DNA of 64,000 nt from contig DASXFN010000020.1 of NCBI GenBank assembly GCA_036489565.1, positions 392 through 64,391 of the forward strand, written 5' to 3'. Numbering within the stretch: position 1 is the stretch's first letter; every line of letters begins with the position of its first letter. The notes under the pieces are model-generated. The model was not told the origin of the DNA and did not search any database. It saw only the letters and a list, made by a program, of their open reading frames with translations. The stretch is from Terriglobales bacterium (GTDB taxonomy: Bacteria > Acidobacteriota > Terriglobia > Terriglobales > Acidobacteriaceae). Both the position numbers and the translations under genes were made by a program. Shown piece after piece: positions 45,545-55,173 of the stretch.

Positions 45545-48082
45545 ATGAGTCAGTCAAGAATCAAGATCAAGACGAAGGCCAGGAATAAGAGCGGCAAGAA
45601 CAACTGCAAACCGCGCGGACCCATGTACTGGATGGCTGTCGGGACGCTCGCCGCTTATACCAGCTTCGGAAGCAAAGCGGTTACCAAGGCGTTCGCGCAG
45701 CAGGGGCGCCACGGCAACCCTAGCAGCGTCTCTTCGGGACAAGCCCAAAGCCTGACGGTACGCCGCTTTGATCTTGCGCCAGGTCCGCTCTCCACGGTCC
45801 TTGCTGGCTTCGAGAAATGTGCCCCGATTAAAGTCATCGTGCCGAATGACGCCATGAACGACCTCACTTCGCCGGGCGTAAGCGGCCTGTACACGCCTGA
45901 ATCCGCGTTGCGAAAGCTTCTGAACGGAACCGGCATCAGCTATCACTTCACCGTTCCGGGAACGGCAATCCTGGAAATTGAGAAGGTGTCCGCGGTTGTG
46001 GAGGTGACCTCCACGACCTTGCAAGACACCCTGCCGAAATTGACCCAGCCCCTGATGGACACTCCGCAGTCCATTGATGTAGTGCCGCAGCATATTATTC
46101 AGGACCAGGGCGCAACCACCTTGCGCGACGCTCTGCGCAACGTCGCCGGCATCAGCCTGGCGGCAGGCGAAGGCGGCGCGCAGGGAGACAGCCTCACCAT
46201 CCGCGGTTTCACTGCGCGTAACGATCTCTTTGTGGACGGCATGCGCGACTTTGGCAGCTATTACCGCGATCCTTTCGATACGCAGGAGGTTGCGGTTCTA
46301 CAAGGGCCGTCATCGGTCACTTTTGGTCGAGGGTCCACGGGTGGGGTGGTGAACCAGGAAACCAAGACTCCCGGACTGGACAATTTTGTTACCGGTGATG
46401 TTGACTTCGGAACCGATAAAACCAAGCGCATTACCACGGACATTAACAAACCTCTGCCATCGCTGGGAACGGGCGCTGCCTTCCGCCTTAATCTCATGGG
46501 CCAGGATTCAGGAGTCGCAGGGCGCGACGTCGCCGAAAGCCGCCGCGTTGGAGTTGCGCCATCCCTGGCCTTTGGCTTGGGCACCCCCACGCGCTGGACA
46601 CTCAGCTATCTTCACCAGTGGGCGGACGACACGCCGGACTACGGCATTCCGTGGCTTTTCAATGGACCCGCGCCGGTTGAACGAAATAACTACTACGGCT
46701 TCGAGCACGGGAATTATTTAAAGACCAACGTACAAATCGGCACCGCCAAGTTCGAGCACGACTTCAGCCCCAGCGTGACCTTCCGCAACCAGGCGCGTTA
46801 CGCGCACTATAACCGCGACCTGCGCATCACCGAGGCACAAGTCACAGGAACATTTGACGGAGTTGCGCTGGGCACGTCCACGCCGCTCGACGACATCGTC
46901 GCCAACCGCCATGAAATCGCGGCTACCAGCCTGGAAACCTATCTTGACGATCAAGCGGATGTCAGCTTCCGCTTCCATACTGGTTTTCTGCGGCACAACC
47001 TGGTGACGGGCGTTGAAGCGGGAAGGGAAACTTCCGCGCCGGTGCGGCCTACCTATGTGACCTGCACGCCCACGCTTTTGACCAATTGCACTCCGTTCAC
47101 CAGCCTGGCTGATCCAGACCCGAGCCAGCCCTTTCAGGGGACGATTTCCTCTACGTCGGTTACTCACGTGGATGCCCTGAGTGCCGGTGCCTATGTCTTG
47201 GATACGGTAAGGATCGGCGAGAAGTGGGAGGTGACCGGTGGCGCGCGAATTGACTGGTTCGATGCCCGCTTTAATCAATTCACTACGCCCGTTCCCGCTA
47301 CGCCTCCGCCGGGCCCGCAACCTCCCTTTACACAGGTGGTCACAAAGCCGAGCTGGCGTGGAGCCTTGGTTTACAAACCAGCGCAGAATGGCAGCATTTA
47401 TTTTGACTACGGAACTTCATTCAATCCTTCCGCCGAATCGCTGTCGTTGAGTGCCAGCACGGCGCAGGTTGCGCCGGAGGCGAATCGCACCTTTGAGGTC
47501 GGCACCAAGTGGGATCTCTTTGCCCGCAGGTTTTCACTGCGGAGTTCTGTATTCACCACGCAGAAGACCAATGCTCGCGAAACCGATCCAACCAACTCGC
47601 TGTTGACTGTCCTCTCAGGAACGCAGCAAGTGAATGGGTTGGAAGTGCAGGCCTCCGGCCATTTGACCAGCCGTTGGGAGATCCTTTCGAGCTATGCCTA
47701 TCTCGATAGCAAAGTGGTCAACTCACAATTCTTTCCGGCATCTGTGGGGGCGCAATTGGCCAATGTTCCACGAAACACATACAGCGTCTGGAGCAACTAC
47801 GACCTGCCCTGGAGGCTGGGTGTGGGAGGCGGCGCTGACTTCGTGGACAGCCGCACGGCCAGTTCCACCGTGCCCTTCGATCCCGTTACCGGGTTGGTGA
47901 AGCAAGTGCCCGGCTACTGGGTGTTCAACGCGATGGTGAAGCGGCCTTTGACCGAGCGTCTGGAGTTGCACGCCAATATTTACAACCTGGCCGACAAGTA
48001 CTACTACGACCAGATTCATCCCGCGCACATTATTCCCGGCGCGGCGCGTTCGGCGCTTATTGGGCTGGACTACAAATTCTGA
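45545..48082 (+). CDS. TonB-dependent receptor (siderophore-type) with N-terminal STN-like signalling extension
   Basis: Signal peptide, STN-like segment (RRFDLAPGPLSTVLAGF...LLNGTGISYHF), plug (DTPQSIDVVPQ, TIRGF), 22-strand barrel ending ...GLDYKF. Confidence 0.9.
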   Translation: MSQSRIKIKTKARNKSGKNNCKPRGPMYWMAVGTLAAYTSFGSKAVTKAFAQQGRHGNPSSVSSGQAQSLTVRRFDLAPGPLSTVLAGFEKCAPIKVIVPNDAMNDLTSPGVSGLYTPESALRKLLNGTGISYHFTVPGTAILEIEKVSAVVEVTSTTLQDTLPKLTQPLMDTPQSIDVVPQHIIQDQGATTLRDALRNVAGISLAAGEGGAQGDSLTIRGFTARNDLFVDGMRDFGSYYRDPFDTQEVAVLQGPSSVTFGRGSTGGVVNQETKTPGLDNFVTGDVDFGTDKTKRITTDINKPLPSLGTGAAFRLNLMGQDSGVAGRDVAESRRVGVAPSLAFGLGTPTRWTLSYLHQWADDTPDYGIPWLFNGPAPVERNNYYGFEHGNYLKTNVQIGTAKFEHDFSPSVTFRNQARYAHYNRDLRITEAQVTGTFDGVALGTSTPLDDIVANRHEIAATSLETYLDDQADVSFRFHTGFLRHNLVTGVEAGRETSAPVRPTYVTCTPTLLTNCTPFTSLADPDPSQPFQGTISSTSVTHVDALSAGAYVLDTVRIGEKWEVTGGARIDWFDARFNQFTTPVPATPPPGPQPPFTQVVTKPSWRGALVYKPAQNGSIYFDYGTSFNPSAESLSLSASTAQVAPEANRTFEVGTKWDLFARRFSLRSSVFTTQKTNARETDPTNSLLTVLSGTQQVNGLEVQASGHLTSRWEILSSYAYLDSKVVNSQFFPASVGAQLANVPRNTYSVWSNYDLPWRLGVGGGADFVDSRTASSTVPFDPVTGLVKQVPGYWVFNAMVKRPLTERLELHANIYNLADKYYYDQIHPAHIIPGAARSALIGLDYKF

Positions 48083-48103
48083 TTAAGAAGGGAAGCACAG
48101 CAA

Positions 48104-48787
48104 GTGTTATTGCCTATACCGGATGTATTGACATCGGAACAAGTCGCGGACGCGCGGCAGCTCTTCGACAAAACGGATTGGGTGGACGGCCGCGTGACTG
48201 CCGGCCACCAGTCCGCCCGCACCAAAGACAACATGCAGCTTCCGGAGAGCAGCCCCGCCGCGAAGCAACTGGGGGAGATGATCCTGGGAGCATTGGGTCA
48301 GAATGCGCTGTTTATCTCCGCCGCGCTGCCCGCCCGCGTGTTTCCGCCGCTGTTTAACCGCTACCAGGGCGGGCAATCCTTCGGCACGCATGTGGACAAT
48401 GCCATCCGGCAAGTCACCGGTACGGGCCATAGGATCCGCACCGATCTTTCCGCCACGCTGTTCTTTTCGCAGCCCGATGAATATGACGGCGGTGAACTGG
48501 TCGTCGAAGATACCTATGGGCTGCATAACGTGAAGCTTCCCGCGGGGCATTTGATTCTTTATCCCGCGACTAGCCTGCATCACGTGACGCCTGTCACGCG
48601 CGGGGCGCGCATCTGTTCATTTTTCTGGATTCAGAGCATGGTGCGCGACGATGGCGAACGCACATTGCTGTTCGATCTCGATATGGCGATCCAGAAGTTG
48701 AACACAGAGCGAGGCAGCGAAAACCCCTCGGCGGTGCAGTTCACCGGCGTGTATCACAATCTTCTTCGCCGCTGGGTGGAGATATGA
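48104..48787 (+). CDS. Fe(II)/2-oxoglutarate-dependent oxygenase, PiuC/YbiX (PKHD-type hydroxylase) family
   Basis: [14 protein letters not shown] start and H-x-D...H triad region (GTHVDNA ... [11 protein letters not shown]) typical of PiuC. Follows a TonB-dependent receptor gene, as piuC often does. Confidence 0.85.
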   Translation: MLLPIPDVLTSEQVADARQLFDKTDWVDGRVTAGHQSARTKDNMQLPESSPAAKQLGEMILGALGQNALFISAALPARVFPPLFNRYQGGQSFGTHVDNAIRQVTGTGHRIRTDLSATLFFSQPDEYDGGELVVEDTYGLHNVKLPAGHLILYPATSLHHVTPVTRGARICSFFWIQSMVRDDGERTLLFDLDMAIQKLNTERGSENPSAVQFTGVYHNLLRRWVEI

Positions 48788-48835
48788 TTTCTTTCCATTG
48801 CCCATTAACAAAAATGGGGCATGATTTAAAAAACA

Positions 48836-48984
48836 TGTCATCCTGACGTTGAGCGAAGCGAAGACGGAGGGACCTTAAGACGGCCAGCCACTTCTTGCGC
48901 AATCGGCAGGGACATGATTCCCGATGGCAGCGCATATCATTTGATCCGACGTAAGGTCCCTCGCAAAAGCTGCTCGGGATGACA
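48836..48984. repeat. MITE-like inverted-repeat element, copy 2
   Basis: Termini TGTCATCCTGA...GAGCGAAGCGAAGACGGAGGGACCTTA / TAAGGTCCCTCGCAAAAGCTGCTCGGGATGACA. Confidence 0.75.
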
Positions 48985-49141
48985 TCATCTTCAGAATTAG
49001 AATTGCAAAGTGGATAATTTTCAGATGCAAAGTCGATGATGGTCCGTTTGCAAACAGATCCACTACCCTCAGTTCCCGCTCCTTGCCAACCCATTGATCA
49101 GATGGTTCCTCCTGCTACAATGCCAACTCTTACAAGCACAT

Positions 49142-49168
49142 TGAACTCCTGTGGATACAACAACGTAT
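49142..49168 (+). promoter_or_regulatory. Candidate ECF-type promoter (TGAAC-N17-CGTAT) upstream of the sigma factor gene
   Basis: Resembles the AAC / CGT pattern of ECF (SigW/SigE-like) autoregulated promoters. Lies about 85 nt upstream of GTG 49253. Confidence 0.3.
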
Positions 49169-49252
49169 ATAGTCTGTGATGTTAGGCCGGAAGGCATAAA
49201 ATCAGTATTCCCGCCACGGCGCTAGAAATTTAAGAGTCCCGGAGAGTGCGGC

Positions 49253-49852
49253 GTGGAAGACGCCCAGGTTGTTGCCATCCTAGTTCGACGCTGCGTTGCC
49301 GGGGACGCTGCCGCCTGGGAAGAAATCGTACAGCGATACCATCGCCGGATTTACAACATCTGTTACCGCTTCTGCGGTTCCTCCGACGATGCTCAGGACC
49401 TTACCCAGGAAGTTTTCATAAAAATGTACCGCACCTTGAATTCCTACGACTCCACGCGTGGCGCCTTCATGACCTGGGTAACCACCGTAACGCGCAACCT
49501 GCTCGTGGATAATTTCCGCAAGGGAAAGCACGACAGGCTTACCGATTCCATTGATACTGTCTCCTCGGAGCATGAAGACGCCATGCCCCTGAGCGACCAG
49601 ATTGAGGATCAGGGGCCGAAACCCGATGCCCGGGTGCAGAGCCGCGAAACTCGCGATACCGTGCATCTGGCGCTGCAAAAGCTCTCCCCGGAGCTCCGCG
49701 AGGCAGTGATTTTAAGGGACTTACAGGACATGGATTACAGGGAAATTGCCACAACACTTAACGTTCCGGAGGGTACCGTGAAATCCAGGATCAACCGGGG
49801 ACGCGTGGAACTTGCACGCCTTCTCCAACGTACATATAGGCAGGTGATGTGA
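49253..49852 (+). CDS. ECF (group 4) RNA polymerase sigma-70 family factor
   Basis: Region 2 (IYNICYRFCGSSDDAQDLTQEVFIKMYR) and region 4 (LRDLQDMDYREIATTLNVPEGTVKSRINRGR). Confidence 0.93.
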   Translation: MEDAQVVAILVRRCVAGDAAAWEEIVQRYHRRIYNICYRFCGSSDDAQDLTQEVFIKMYRTLNSYDSTRGAFMTWVTTVTRNLLVDNFRKGKHDRLTDSIDTVSSEHEDAMPLSDQIEDQGPKPDARVQSRETRDTVHLALQKLSPELREAVILRDLQDMDYREIATTLNVPEGTVKSRINRGRVELARLLQRTYRQVM

Positions 49853-50583
49853 TGCCAGGCGAAACCAACAAAGCGATACGGTGCAGCGAGTTCGAGACCC
49901 TGCTCAGTGATGTAGTCGAGAATCGGGTCACGGGCAAAGCGCTGGAAATTTTCAACGCCCACGCCGCTTCATGCGCCACCTGCAAGCCGTTGCTTGCGGA
50001 AGCGCAAGAAGGGCACCGTTGGTTAAAATCACTGGCGGAGGCGGAACCTCCGGGGAACCTGGTGCGCAATATTTTGGCGGCCACCTCTGGCGTGCAGCCA
50101 TCCCGCGCAGCCGCACGCAGGCCGCAAGCGTCATGGTTGGAATGGGTGCAGGCCTCCGTTGTGGCTCCGGCCATGGCGATTGTGAAGCAGCCGAGGTTCG
50201 CAATGTCATTCGGCATGGCATTCTTCTCCCTCTCCGTAGGGTTGAATGTTGCCGGAGTAAAAGTAAGCGACGTGCGGCACGTGGACCTTCGGCCAAGCGC
50301 CGTGCGGCATACTTACTATGAGACGTCAGGCAAAATCTCCAAATATTACGAGAATTTGCGCTTCGTTTATGAGATGGAATCGAGGCTGCGCGAGTTGAAA
50401 CGCGTCACGCGACCTGAACCGCAAGCACCTGAACAACAGAAAGACCGGAAGAACAACACCAGTGGACAACCCGATCAAAAACAAGAACGCAACTACAGTC
50501 AGCAGGGAGATCAGCCTATTCTGGCATCCTTTCCGCAGGCTATTCCTGTAGTGCCGGTGACCACATGCAGGAGGTTTGTATGA
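49852..50583 (+). CDS. Anti-sigma factor, zf-HC2 type, single TM
   Basis: H-x3-C-x2-C (HAASCATC) in the N-terminal domain, one TM (FAMSFGMAFFSLSVGLNVAGV). The start overlaps the sigma stop (TGATG). Confidence 0.8.
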   Translation: MPGETNKAIRCSEFETLLSDVVENRVTGKALEIFNAHAASCATCKPLLAEAQEGHRWLKSLAEAEPPGNLVRNILAATSGVQPSRAAARRPQASWLEWVQASVVAPAMAIVKQPRFAMSFGMAFFSLSVGLNVAGVKVSDVRHVDLRPSAVRHTYYETSGKISKYYENLRFVYEMESRLRELKRVTRPEPQAPEQQKDRKNNTSGQPDQKQERNYSQQGDQPILASFPQAIPVVPVTTCRRFV

Positions 50584-51590
50584 ATTGCGTTAACCATCCG
50601 GATTTATCCGCGGCGCACTACTGCCGCACGTGCGGCAAGCCTTTATGTTCTGCTTGCAGCCGCGATGTTATGGGAGTGATTTATTGCGAACAATGCCTGG
50701 CGGAGCGGATGCAGGGAACGCCGCCCGCGCCGGCGCAACCGCCAAGCCCTGGATACGTGCCACCCGCGGCTGGATTTGTTCCAGCGGCTGGCACGTATGT
50801 TCCGCCGGCCGGAGGCGTGGCGCAAGCGGGTTTCATGGGAGGTCCGAATCCCGCACTGGCAGGGTTGTTGTCGGCCATTTTTCCCTTCGGCGTCGGCGCG
50901 GTTTACTGCGGCCAATATATGAAGGGCCTGGTGCACCTGGGGATATTTGTATTCCTGATTGTTGCCGAAAGCAGCAACGTGCCCTGGTTTATCCACATGA
51001 TTCTGGGGATTTCCATTGCGTTCTTTTACGTTTACCAGATCGTGGACTCAGTCCGTACCGCGCATGCCGTGATCGCCGGACAGCCCGCCCCTGATCCTTT
51101 TGGCTTTGGGACGGCCTTCGGGCCGATCCAAAGAAGCGACGGCGCGAAAATGCCGACAGGCGCTATCGTCCTGATCGTTCTGGGCGCGCTGTTTCTTCTC
51201 AATACCGCGCTGCAATTCGATCTTGACCGCGTCTGGCCGCTGTTCCTCATAGCTCTGGGCTTCTGGATGTTCGCGCGAAGCTGGGGCCTGATTCCTTCGC
51301 AGTCGCGCGGCTGCCAGTGCGAACGCTGCAAAGCGCGGAACATGACTGGCCCCGCGATGTTAATGACGGTCGGCGTTCTGTGGCTGCTGTCTGACATGGG
51401 AAGTTTGGATTGGGGGCATAGCTGGCCGATTATTTTGATCGTGCTTGGCCTGGTCAAGATCCTGCAGGGAAATGCCTCTCGGTCGGGACATGCGGAGTTG
51501 CCGAACTCGCCTGTGGGGCCCGTGCCGCCGATAAATCCCCCAGTTTCGGTAGAACCTCCAAAACCGCCGAGTGAGGTGTCGAATGGCTAG
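50580..51590 (+). CDS. B-box zinc-finger membrane protein with TM2-like and LiaF-N/DUF5668-like helices
   Basis: CVNHPD...HYCRTCGKPLCSACS...YCEQC B-box, Pro-rich linker, then repeated WP(L/I)(F/I)LI.LG helices. ATGA overlap with the anti-sigma stop. Confidence 0.7.
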   Translation: MNCVNHPDLSAAHYCRTCGKPLCSACSRDVMGVIYCEQCLAERMQGTPPAPAQPPSPGYVPPAAGFVPAAGTYVPPAGGVAQAGFMGGPNPALAGLLSAIFPFGVGAVYCGQYMKGLVHLGIFVFLIVAESSNVPWFIHMILGISIAFFYVYQIVDSVRTAHAVIAGQPAPDPFGFGTAFGPIQRSDGAKMPTGAIVLIVLGALFLLNTALQFDLDRVWPLFLIALGFWMFARSWGLIPSQSRGCQCERCKARNMTGPAMLMTVGVLWLLSDMGSLDWGHSWPIILIVLGLVKILQGNASRSGHAELPNSPVGPVPPINPPVSVEPPKPPSEVSNG

Positions 51591-53067
51591 CACACCGCAA
51601 ATGCCTCAGACGCCGTCGCAGGTTCCTCCCCCTTACCGCCATCAGCATCCGCGATCCGTCACCGGGCCGATTGTGCTGATCGTGATTGGCGTCCTGTTCC
51701 TGCTGGAGAAGATGGGAGTTCTGCACTGGGGCAACTTGGGATATCTGTTCGCGCACTACTGGCCCTTGCTGTTGATCTTTTTCGGGCTGGTCAAATTGAT
51801 TGAGCATATGGCCGCGCAACGCAGCGGCGGTTCGGCATCAGGTTTAGGCGTAGGCGGGGCCATTTTGGTTGTAGCCATTATTTTTTGGGGATTGGTTGCT
51901 TCTCAAGCGACGCACGTGGATTGGAACGCGCTCCGTGATCAGTTTCAGGTTGACGATAATGACTTCCCGTTTTTCGGCCACAAATATAGCTATGAAGATC
52001 AGCTGGCGCAGGCATTTCCTCCCGGAGGAAATCTACACGTAACCGACAATCGTGGCGCGGTGAATATTACGGTTTCAGACGACAATCAAATTCACGTGGC
52101 CGTGCATAAAAGGCTGAATGCCGATAGCCAGGAATCCGCGGATAAATGGAATGCGGGAAGCCCCCCGCAAATTACAGTTTCCGGCCAGAACGTCACCGTC
52201 AACGCAAATACGCAGGGCGCGGGTGACCACGGTGTAACCAGCGATCTTGATATCAGCATTCCAAGAAAAGCTTCCGTTGTGGTTTCCGCGGAGCACGGCG
52301 ACGCCTCGGTTTTGGGCCGCGACGGTGACGTGAACATTTCGGCCAAGCATGGCGACGTTGCTGTTACTGACATCAACGGCAATGTGCGACTTGATTTGCA
52401 GGACAGTTCCGCGCATATTGCGAAAATCTCCTCCGACGTAAGCGTGCAAGGCAAAGCGCAGGATGTGTCCCTGGAAGACATAAAGGGAACAGTGACGCTC
52501 GACGGCGACTTTATGGAAAGCCTGCGGCTTGCCCGGCTTGCCAAGCCCATGAACTTTAAGTCGGCGCGCACTCAAATTGATTTCACAAGGCTCGACGGCG
52601 ACTTAGACCTCGACTCCGGCGATTTGCGCGTGACCAATGTCGTTGGGCCGGTCCACGTCTCCACCAAGTTCAAGGACATTGGATTGATTGGCGTCACCGG
52701 GGACGTGCGATTGCGCAACGAGAACGGCGCGGTTGAGATCCAGATGACGAAAATGGGCAGCATGGATGTTGAAAACCAGAATGCCGATATCCAGATTGGC
52801 GTTCCTCCCAAGGCTGCATTTCAACTCGATGCCCGCTCTCATGGCGGAGAAATTGACTCAGATTTCCATACTCTTAATATCCAGAATGGAGATGAGCAAT
52901 CCACGGCCGCCGGCAGCGTAGGCAGCGGGGGCCCGCATATGCTGATCAACAACCAGCACGGCAGCATTGAGATTCGCCAGGGAGCCATTGAAGCCGATGT
53001 GCCTACCGTTCCTAAACCGCCCGGCGCTCCGAACGCTCCAGAACCGCCGACGGTCACGGATAATTAA
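51583..53067 (+). CDS. DUF4097-like (putative adhesin beta-repeat) protein with N-terminal DUF5668-like TM helices
   Basis: Two TM helices (GPIVLIVIGVLFLL, YWPLLLIFFGLVKLI), then repeated G(D/N)V.V....G.V.L units. Overlaps the previous gene by 8 nt. Confidence 0.7.
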   Translation: MASTPQMPQTPSQVPPPYRHQHPRSVTGPIVLIVIGVLFLLEKMGVLHWGNLGYLFAHYWPLLLIFFGLVKLIEHMAAQRSGGSASGLGVGGAILVVAIIFWGLVASQATHVDWNALRDQFQVDDNDFPFFGHKYSYEDQLAQAFPPGGNLHVTDNRGAVNITVSDDNQIHVAVHKRLNADSQESADKWNAGSPPQITVSGQNVTVNANTQGAGDHGVTSDLDISIPRKASVVVSAEHGDASVLGRDGDVNISAKHGDVAVTDINGNVRLDLQDSSAHIAKISSDVSVQGKAQDVSLEDIKGTVTLDGDFMESLRLARLAKPMNFKSARTQIDFTRLDGDLDLDSGDLRVTNVVGPVHVSTKFKDIGLIGVTGDVRLRNENGAVEIQMTKMGSMDVENQNADIQIGVPPKAAFQLDARSHGGEIDSDFHTLNIQNGDEQSTAAGSVGSGGPHMLINNQHGSIEIRQGAIEADVPTVPKPPGAPNAPEPPTVTDN

Positions 53068-53286
53068 TAGAAAATACGGAAGTTAGACCTTCATGGTCGT
53101 TGCGTAATTACTCTTCTCTCAGCCCTTTTGAAGAGTTTCCCCAATTGATTTCGGATAGGGCTTCCAGCCGCGCCGCCCAAGGCTTAATACAGACGGGCTT
53201 CAGCCCCTGAGGCACCGGAAGCTTGTTCCTTCTGATTCATTCTGAGATGGTTCATTTAGAGAGAGCTTCTAGTAAAATACCTGCTT

Positions 53287-54423
53287 ATGCTTCGTGTTGG
53301 ATTCATTGGGTGGAGAGGGATGGTCGGCAGCGTCCTCATGCAGCGCATGCGTGAGGAAAGCGACTTTGCTGGTCTCGATCCTGTCTTTTTCTCGACTTCA
53401 AACGCCGGCGGGGCTGCGCCCAAAGAGGCTGCTGGCGCGCCGTTGAAGAACGCGTCAGACCTGAAGGAACTCGCCAAGTGCGATGTGCTCATCAGTTGCC
53501 AGGGCGGCGAGTACACCACGGAAGTTTACGGCCCGCTGCGTAAAAATGGCTGGCAGGGATATTGGATTGATGCCGCCTCCACGCTCCGTATGGAAAAAGA
53601 TGCGGTCATTGTTCTCGACCCGGTCAATGGAGACGTGATTGAGCGTGGTCTTGCTTCAGGCGTTCGCAGTTTTATCGGCGGGAACTGTACCGTCAGCCTG
53701 ATGCTGATGGCTTGCGCTGGTTTGTTCAAAGCTGGCCTCGTCGAATGGATGAGTTGTATGACGTATCAGGCGGCCTCAGGCGCAGGCGCGGCTAAAATGC
53801 TGGAACTGGTCAAGCAGATGAGTGCGTTGGTTGATCCCGTTCGAAAAAATCCTTCGGAGAATGCGCTGGAAGTAGATCGCATGGTGATTGAAGCGCAGCG
53901 GGCTCCTTCACTGCCGACCGGCGAAATTGGCGCGCCTTTGGCGGGCAGCCTTATTGCCTGGATTGACAAAGAAATGCCCGGCGGCCAGAGCAAAGAAGAA
54001 TGGAAGGGCATGGCCGAGACCAACAAGATCATGGGCCTGAACCCTGCGGTGCCGGTGGATGGCATCTGCGTGCGCGTTGGTTCCATGCGCTGCCACAGTC
54101 AGGGGCTGACGATTAAATTAAAAAAAGATGTTCCGCTCGACGAGATCGAACAGATTATCGCCAGCAACAACGATTGGGTTCGCGTTGTACCGAACAATAA
54201 AGACGCGACTGTGCGCGATCTCACGCCGACTGCCGTTTCCGGCAAGCTGCATGTTCCCATCGGACGCCTGCACAAATTAAAAATGGGTCCGGAGTATCTC
54301 GGAGCATTTACTGTAGGCGATCAGTTGCTTTGGGGCGCGGCCGAACCGCTGCGGAGAATGCTGAACATTGTGCGGGAGCATGTAGGAGAACCGCAATTGG
54401 CAACGGCGCAGACACGTTCGTGA
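53287..54423 (+). CDS. asd: Aspartate-semialdehyde dehydrogenase
   Basis: VGFIGWRGMVGSVLMQRM N-terminus as in E. coli Asd. Active-site region GGNCTVSLMLM. Confidence 0.95.
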   Translation: MLRVGFIGWRGMVGSVLMQRMREESDFAGLDPVFFSTSNAGGAAPKEAAGAPLKNASDLKELAKCDVLISCQGGEYTTEVYGPLRKNGWQGYWIDAASTLRMEKDAVIVLDPVNGDVIERGLASGVRSFIGGNCTVSLMLMACAGLFKAGLVEWMSCMTYQAASGAGAAKMLELVKQMSALVDPVRKNPSENALEVDRMVIEAQRAPSLPTGEIGAPLAGSLIAWIDKEMPGGQSKEEWKGMAETNKIMGLNPAVPVDGICVRVGSMRCHSQGLTIKLKKDVPLDEIEQIIASNNDWVRVVPNNKDATVRDLTPTAVSGKLHVPIGRLHKLKMGPEYLGAFTVGDQLLWGAAEPLRRMLNIVREHVGEPQLATAQTRS

Positions 54424-54445
54424 TCCGGTCAAATATTCAACGCAA

Positions 54446-54958
54446 ATGATCCGCCCCTACAAAGGCATTTCACCCACCATCCCTGCGTCCTGCTACATTG
54501 ACGACTCCGCGCAGATCATCGGCGATGTCGTCCTCGGTGAGCACTCCAGCGTCTGGATGAATGCCGTTGTCCGCGGCGACGTGTACGCCATCCGCATTGG
54601 ATCAAGCACGAACATTCAGGACAATTGTGTTTTGCATGGAATGAAGGAACAATACGGCGTCACGCTGGGCGATTACGTGACCGTAGGCCATTCCGTGAAT
54701 CTGCACGGATGCACCATCCAAGACCGCTGCCTGATCGGTATGGGCTCCATCATTTTGAATGGCGCGAAGATCGGCGCGGGCTCGATCATTGCCGCAGGAA
54801 CTTTGATCCCCGAACAAACCGTCGTTGAACCGGGATCGTTGTGGATGGGCTCTCCGGGAAAATTCCGCCGCAAGCTGAATGAAAAAGACCAGGAAAGCAT
54901 CCTGCGCTATGCCAATAATTATTTGGGATATAAAGATTCGTACCTGCGGGAACGCTGA
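54446..54958 (+). CDS. Gamma-class carbonic anhydrase family protein (hexapeptide repeat, YrdA/PaaY-like)
   Basis: 170 aa with left-handed beta-helix repeats and VGHSVNLHGC His ligands. Confidence 0.88.
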   Translation: MIRPYKGISPTIPASCYIDDSAQIIGDVVLGEHSSVWMNAVVRGDVYAIRIGSSTNIQDNCVLHGMKEQYGVTLGDYVTVGHSVNLHGCTIQDRCLIGMGSIILNGAKIGAGSIIAAGTLIPEQTVVEPGSLWMGSPGKFRRKLNEKDQESILRYANNYLGYKDSYLRER

Positions 54959-54988
54959 ATCCACAATGCATCTGTTACCCTAAACAAT

Positions 54989-55157
54989 TGTCATCCTGAG
55001 CGAAGCAATGTTTCCGCGAAGCGCGAAACACTGCGCAGTCGAAGGATCCCTATCAGCTGATATATGTAAATGCAGGTTAGGAGCATTTTTGTCGGTAGGG
55101 ATTCTTCGACTTCACAATTCATTCGCAAGCGAATGAATTATTACGCTCAGAATGACA
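54989..55157. repeat. MITE-like inverted-repeat element, copy 3
   Basis: Termini TGTCATCCTGAGCGAAG / ACGCTCAGAATGACA. Internal GTCGAAGGATCC box and 10-bp hairpin ATTCATTCGC-aa-GCGAATGAAT. Confidence 0.8.
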
Positions 55158-55173
55158 AGAAATAGACTCATCC

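Noticed and set aside
49253-50583. FecI/FecR-type cell-surface signalling pair for the STN-bearing receptor
   Set aside because: The anti-sigma is the zf-HC2 type with a short external part and no FecR-like domain. It is separated from the receptor by piuC and a repeat element, and it heads its own four-gene operon.
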